Shown in pieces: positions 7,306 to 10,969 of a stretch of DNA of 10,969 nucleotides. The first letter of the stretch is position 1, and every line of letters begins with the position of its first letter. This stretch comes from Deinococcales bacterium. Its GTDB lineage: Bacteria > Deinococcota > Deinococci > Deinococcales > JAAFIG01. The notes under the pieces were generated by a model. The model did not search any database and was not told the origin of the DNA. It worked only from the letters and a program-made list of their open reading frames with translations. The translations under genes were made by a program, and so were the position numbers. The stretch lies in NCBI GenBank assembly GCA_043778225.1, contig JAYWGM010000005.1:1-10969 (forward strand). Reading direction: 5' to 3'.

Positions 7306-7943
7306 ACTTTGGTTTCTTCAGTAGGTTGTTTAACCGTGTCGTTTAGACTTGCTGATTTTTGATTAAATTGGCGTTCGTTACCATCGGCTAAGCGCTTTAA
7401 GTTATCGCGGTGTTGCCAGAGTATCAGCATAAAAATCAGGGTTAGCATCACAATTTTCCACCATTCACGCTGCATTGTTATAGCAAAAATAATTCCACTA
7501 AACGAAGCGATCATACTTGCAGCACTCGAGAAGCGTGTAATCGCAACCGTAGCCACAAAAATCGGCAGAATAGCCAAGCCCAATAAAGGATCAATCAAAG
7601 TCATTGTTCCATAACTGGTAGCGACCCCCTTACCACCTTTGAAGCCCAAAAAAATACTGTAATTATGTCCAATAATCGCAAAGAAACCAACCACAGCCAG
7701 TTCCCAACCTGGCATCCCGAGAGCTTGGGCAATCAGCATCGGAAAACCACCTTTGAAAATATCAGCTAAAGCAGTTACTGCCGCCGCGCCCCAACCAACC
7801 GAACGTAAAACATTGGCAGTGCCGATATTGCCACTGCCAACTTTTTGAATATCCACGCGATAAGTACGGGCAACCAGCACCCCAAAAGGAATCGCACCGA
7901 AAAGGTAAGCCACAACAGCAACCCATAAAATGTTGGCATTCAC
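7302..7943 (-). CDS. plsY: Glycerol-3-phosphate acyltransferase (acyl-phosphate dependent)
   Basis: YLFGAIPFG, GSGNIGTANVLR, DIFKG, GHNYSIFLGFKGGKGVAT and HRDNLKRL motifs. GTG start. Confidence 0.96.
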   Translation of the reverse strand: MNANILWVAVVAYLFGAIPFGVLVARTYRVDIQKVGSGNIGTANVLRSVGWGAAAVTALADIFKGGFPMLIAQALGMPGWELAVVGFFAIIGHNYSIFLGFKGGKGVATSYGTMTLIDPLLGLAILPIFVATVAITRFSSAASMIASFSGIIFAITMQREWWKIVMLTLIFMLILWQHRDNLKRLADGNERQFNQKSASLNDTVKQPTEETKV

Positions 7944-7949
7944 ATTTTT

Positions 7950-7955
7950 ATTCTA
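7950..7955 (-). promoter_or_regulatory. -10 box of a probable leaderless plsY transcript
   Basis: TAGAAT-AAAAAT-GTG. Confidence 0.6.
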
Positions 7956-7991
7956 CGCCTAAGCTGTGAATGTGGTGTGACTCGAGCCACC

Positions 7992-8150
7992 TCATTTGCG
8001 GGCGTTGCGACATTTATCCGAGCAGTAAATCACATTATCCCAGTTGTTGCGCCATGCTTTGCGCCACGCAAATGGCTTGTTGCAAACTGGACAAATTTTA
8101 CTTGGGCGCTCGGATGGTTTTTTGCCACCACCAAAATCTTTATTCGCCAT
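7992..8150 (-). CDS. 52-aa DUF2256-like Cys-rich small protein (absent from the ORF track)
   Basis: Manual translation: [52 protein letters not shown]. It has the pattern CxxC..PFxWRKxW...W..V.YCS..CR and overlaps the upstream gene by 11 nt. Confidence 0.88.
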   Translation of the reverse strand: MANKDFGGGKKPSERPSKICPVCNKPFAWRKAWRNNWDNVIYCSDKCRNARK

Positions 8151-8568
8151 GCAGCACTTCCTGTTCAACTTTGCGCCAGAAACCCGAAAAACGTTTAACT
8201 TGCCCTGTAAAACTGGTCAGACGCTCAGGAGGATAAACAATCACGCCCAAACCCGCCGCCTCGAGTAAATCTAGGGTTTTATTAAGTTCTGGGCTAGGAA
8301 TTTCGGTGGTGTGAATTTGGGTACAATTGTGCAATTTAGCAAAGGCAATAATTTCTTGGGCTTGAATCCCGACACAGATTCTGGTCTTGGCTCGAGTTGC
8401 AAAGGCTTCGAGAACACCTTCAAACATAAATTGCAACCTTGGAAAAGCAATTTCGGTATTCTCGAGAAAAGGCTTATCAAACACAAATATCGCAGGTGAG
8501 TCTGGATTATCGGCGAGGGCAGGGTCGGTGCTGGACAAACTGCCACCGTGCAACCAAACCAGCTTCAC
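8140..8568 (-). CDS. Stand-alone photolyase N-terminal (alpha/beta) domain-like protein
   Basis: LVWLH...L...DPAL, AIFVFD and RLQFMFEGV follow the order of the photolyase N-terminal motifs (VWFRxDLR.xDNPAL, xFIFD, RxxFLxESL). GTGA overlap with the upstream FAD-domain gene. Confidence 0.7.
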   Translation of the reverse strand: MKLVWLHGGSLSSTDPALADNPDSPAIFVFDKPFLENTEIAFPRLQFMFEGVLEAFATRAKTRICVGIQAQEIIAFAKLHNCTQIHTTEIPSPELNKTLDLLEAAGLGVIVYPPERLTSFTGQVKRFSGFWRKVEQEVLHGE

Positions 8569-9350
8569 GATGACCAGCCAAATTGCCCACCAAAAAGTTC
8601 AGACTCGAGCGTTTCATAAGATTTATTGAACGGACACTTGACGCGGCAAGTCTTGCACCATTGGTGACTCGAGAATTTGGCAATGTTTTCTTTGTTCATA
8701 AAATACGGCTTGTGCGAGAAGGTACTGGACACCCACTGCCAAGAAAGCGCGTTGCTGGCAATATCACCATCGAGCAAGTGCTGCCTAAAAAATGCGTAGC
8801 CAGCTTTCCAATGGACTTTCCTAAAATGCACCGTGTATGCCGCAAACCAAAGGCGTTCGTGGTTGTGCAAGTAGCCAGTCTCGAGTAAGGTCTCGACCCA
8901 CGCATCGACACAAGGCAGTCCAGTCTGAGCCTCGAGTATATCTGCTGGCATTTGCTCTGCCCAACGGGCTGTGTACTTGGGCTGCTCCAGATTCTCGAGA
9001 ACCGCCGTGCCTTCTTGCTCGAGAACCAAAGAAAAAAATTCGCGCCAAGTGAGTTGCTTTAAGAATTCATCGCGTTCGCGCCCTTGCACATTGGCTCGGA
9101 CATGAGCCGCAACTTCGACAATACTCAGCATTCCATGGCGCAAATATGCCGATAACCTCGAGACTGGCGCATCGGTGTGGTTGCGTCGTCCGTAGTTTTT
9201 GGCTTTGAAGTTCTCGAGTTGCGCCAAAGCAGCACTGCGCCCACCATGCAAGGCGGGCGCGTGGGCTTGACCAGTGTACAGACCTTGCAGTGCTGTCTCG
9301 AGGTACTGGGTTATTGCTTCGCGGCTCGAGAAATCTTGTTTGAGTTCCAT
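8565..9350 (-). CDS. Short photolyase/cryptochrome-family protein, FAD-binding helical domain only
   Basis: GGRSAA..L..F, SRLSAYLRHGMLS, QLTWREFF, TGLPCVDA, TGYLHNHERLWFA and LLDGDIASNALSWQW motifs. At 261 aa it lacks the N-terminal domain. Confidence 0.9.
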   Translation of the reverse strand: MELKQDFSSREAITQYLETALQGLYTGQAHAPALHGGRSAALAQLENFKAKNYGRRNHTDAPVSRLSAYLRHGMLSIVEVAAHVRANVQGRERDEFLKQLTWREFFSLVLEQEGTAVLENLEQPKYTARWAEQMPADILEAQTGLPCVDAWVETLLETGYLHNHERLWFAAYTVHFRKVHWKAGYAFFRQHLLDGDIASNALSWQWVSSTFSHKPYFMNKENIAKFSSHQWCKTCRVKCPFNKSYETLESELFGGQFGWSS

Positions 9351-9356
9351 TGGCTC

Positions 9357-9362
9357 ATTATG
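9357..9362 (-). promoter_or_regulatory. -10 box of a probable leaderless photolyase-operon transcript
   Basis: CATAAT-GAGCCA-ATG. Confidence 0.5.
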
Positions 9363-9396
9363 GCGTTTGGCTCACGCATGGCGCTTGGTTACGGGC

Positions 9397-9402
9397 TACA
9401 CT
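9397..9402 (+). promoter_or_regulatory. -10 box of a probable leaderless transcript for the beta-barrel gene
   Basis: TACACT-TATTGCC-ATG. Confidence 0.6.
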
Positions 9403-9409
9403 TATTGCC

Positions 9410-10339
9410 ATGAAACGCTTTTTGCTGATTCTTGTCTTTGCCATGTTTTCATTTGCCAAAGCCCAAACGCTCGAGTTTTCGATTGCTTATCCGCTCACGG
9501 CTCAGGTGGCAATTTCTGGAGTGGCTGTTTCCGAAGCGCTTTCGTTTGGTTTAGCCGCTTCGCTCGAGCGGCTGCGCTTGTCTGCCAACGCTGGCTTAGA
9601 AATTGCGCCAATTGGTTCGCTGCAAGCCAATGCCAGCCTTGAATGGGCTTTTGTGGGGCGGTTTCGTATCACGCTGGCAACTCGAGCCACCCTCGGTTCG
9701 GCAACCTTAAATTTAGGCTTGGCGCTCTGGAGTGCTGCCCCAGCTAATTTTGACCCGTTCGAGATTTATACCGCCGACCCACTGCCCAATTCGACCGGCG
9801 GCTCCCGCTTTGAGGTGGGCTTGGGTTTACGAATCTCGAGAAGTTTATCGCTTTTTACCAAGCTCTACTTGGGTTCGGATGCCTCGAGTAACAGCTTACA
9901 ATTGCGTTATCGCAGCAATGATTTTGATTTGTACGGCGGATTTTTTGCGGCGACTGGGGCAAATGGCGAGATTTATTTGTTGCAATCTGGCTTGACTTTG
10001 CCTTTCGAGGATGCGGCTTTGGTTTTTTCGGTTGGGGCGGGTGTGGGACTGCTGAACAACAATCTGACTTACGAAGCCAATTTGGGTGTTTTGTTTGGCA
10101 TCTCAGAAAATATCGCGCTCGAGTTGAGTCTGGTCTATCAGCCGTGGCGTTTTGAGGTGCTGCCGTTGCGTTCGAGTCTCGAGCTTAGCCTTTCGCCCGG
10201 TTTTGGGACGCTGCGGCTGACTGGTTTTGTTGGGGTCAATCAACAAAACATTTTTAACTGGGGACTGCGCCTCTCCTACCGTCTGGCACTCGAGGAACTC
10301 TTTCCAGCCCCATCCTCATCTGGTTTCAGATTGCCGTGA
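9410..10339 (+). CDS. Secreted protein, probable outer-membrane beta-barrel
   Basis: Start moved to the ATG at 9410, giving the signal peptide MKRFLLILVFAMFSFAKA|Q. There are many alternating Gly/aromatic amphipathic strands (RFEVGLGLRI, YEANLGVLF, WGLRLSYRL). Confidence 0.7.
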   Translation: MKRFLLILVFAMFSFAKAQTLEFSIAYPLTAQVAISGVAVSEALSFGLAASLERLRLSANAGLEIAPIGSLQANASLEWAFVGRFRITLATRATLGSATLNLGLALWSAAPANFDPFEIYTADPLPNSTGGSRFEVGLGLRISRSLSLFTKLYLGSDASSNSLQLRYRSNDFDLYGGFFAATGANGEIYLLQSGLTLPFEDAALVFSVGAGVGLLNNNLTYEANLGVLFGISENIALELSLVYQPWRFEVLPLRSSLELSLSPGFGTLRLTGFVGVNQQNIFNWGLRLSYRLALEELFPAPSSSGFRLP

Positions 10340-10353
10340 TACGTTTTCTATAG

Positions 10354-10872
10354 ATGAGTAACCTTTACCACCTTCCCGCCGGTCCAAACGTTCCCGAAAT
10401 CATCAATGTCGTGATTGAAGTGCCGCGAGGCAGCGCCAACAAGTACGAATACGATAAAAACCTCGGGGTGATTAAACTCGACCGTGTGTTGTACGCCGCG
10501 ATGCAGTACCCCGGCGATTATGGTTTTATCCCCAGTACCCTTGGTGGCGACGGCGACCCATTGGACGCGCTGATTTTATCCACCCATCCATTTTTACCAG
10601 GTGTGTTGATTGAATGCCGTGTGCTGGGGATGCTCGAGATGTCCGACGACAAGGGGCGCGACGAAAAAATCCTGACTGTGCCAGCCGACGACCCACGCTG
10701 GGATGACCTACAGAATCTCGAGGATGTGCGTAAACACCGTCTGGCAGAAATCGAACATTTTTTCCTCGAGTATAAGTCCTTAGAAGGTAAAACCGTGACT
10801 TCTGAAGGTTGGCGCTCTAAAGCCGAAGCCATGACCTGTATTCTCGAGGCAGTTGAACGCGGCAAGCATTAA
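10354..10872 (+). CDS. ppa: Family I soluble inorganic pyrophosphatase
   Basis: EVPRGSANKYEYDK, LDRVL, YPGDYGFIP, DGDPLD, DEKI and HFFLEYKSLE motifs. Confidence 0.97.
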   Translation: MSNLYHLPAGPNVPEIINVVIEVPRGSANKYEYDKNLGVIKLDRVLYAAMQYPGDYGFIPSTLGGDGDPLDALILSTHPFLPGVLIECRVLGMLEMSDDKGRDEKILTVPADDPRWDDLQNLEDVRKHRLAEIEHFFLEYKSLEGKTVTSEGWRSKAEAMTCILEAVERGKH

Positions 10873-10969
10873 GTGCATTGTCGGACAAGTCGGTAGACTT
10901 GGCGAGCTATGCGAGTACCGATAGGTGCAGCGTCGGAGAGTCTGTAGTTTCAAGGAACGAAGAATCGAA

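Larger units (their letters stand above)
149..10848. repeat. Dispersed, highly iterated palindrome CTCGAG (about 66 copies)
   Basis: Manual count of about 66 copies, for example at 149, 320, 798, 1039, 1386, 1442, 3247, 3257, 5969, 5983, 8880, 8931, 8994, 9018, 10717, 10765 and 10843. About 2-3 would be expected by chance in 11 kb. Confidence 0.93.

Noticed and set aside
7970..8268. Plus-strand ORFs 7970-8236, 7977-8198 and 8044-8268
   Set aside because: They are antisense to the DUF2256-like gene and the photolyase N-domain gene and show no recognisable motifs.
8140..9350. Photolyase as a frameshifted pseudogene
   Set aside because: The domain order is reversed, both ORFs have intact motifs, and they are translationally coupled.
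9350..9409. ORF-track start of the beta-barrel gene at 9350
   Set aside because: It overlaps the photolyase start codon and the divergent promoters. The ATG at 9410 gives a clean signal peptide and has its own -10 box.
149..10848. CTCGAG copies as XhoI cloning or assembly artefacts, or as a CRISPR or tandem array
   Set aside because: The sites lie in frame within intact, well-conserved genes, spacing is irregular, and there is no longer repeat unit.

Overview
A compact bacterial chromosomal segment, probably from Deinococcota. That assignment is inferred from bshB1, diderm-type secreted proteins and several apparently leaderless genes with TANNNT 6-8 nt before the start codon. On the minus strand, read right to left, it carries: a split photolyase/cryptochrome (FAD-domain gene, then a separate N-terminal-domain gene) plus a 52-aa DUF2256-like gene missing from the ORF track; plsY, bshB1 and an acidic hypothetical gene; a DtxR/MntR-family regulator; an MntCAB-type Mn/Fe ABC importer; and a Tat-exported two-domain multicopper oxidase translationally coupled to a ZIP permease with an extra extracytoplasmic domain. 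On the plus strand are a probable outer-membrane beta-barrel protein and inorganic pyrophosphatase. Three observations stand out. (1) The palindrome CTCGAG occurs about 66 times by manual count, against about 2-3 expected, in all codon phases and in intergenic DNA, resembling a highly iterated palindrome. (2) The ABC operon and the oxidase-ZIP operon share a gap-free aligned promoter with a TTTAG-N6-CTAAA operator over the -10 box, suggesting a co-regulated oxidase/ZIP metal-uptake module. (3) The photolyase is split, its domain order is reversed, and it has a candidate 4-Cys Fe-S motif.
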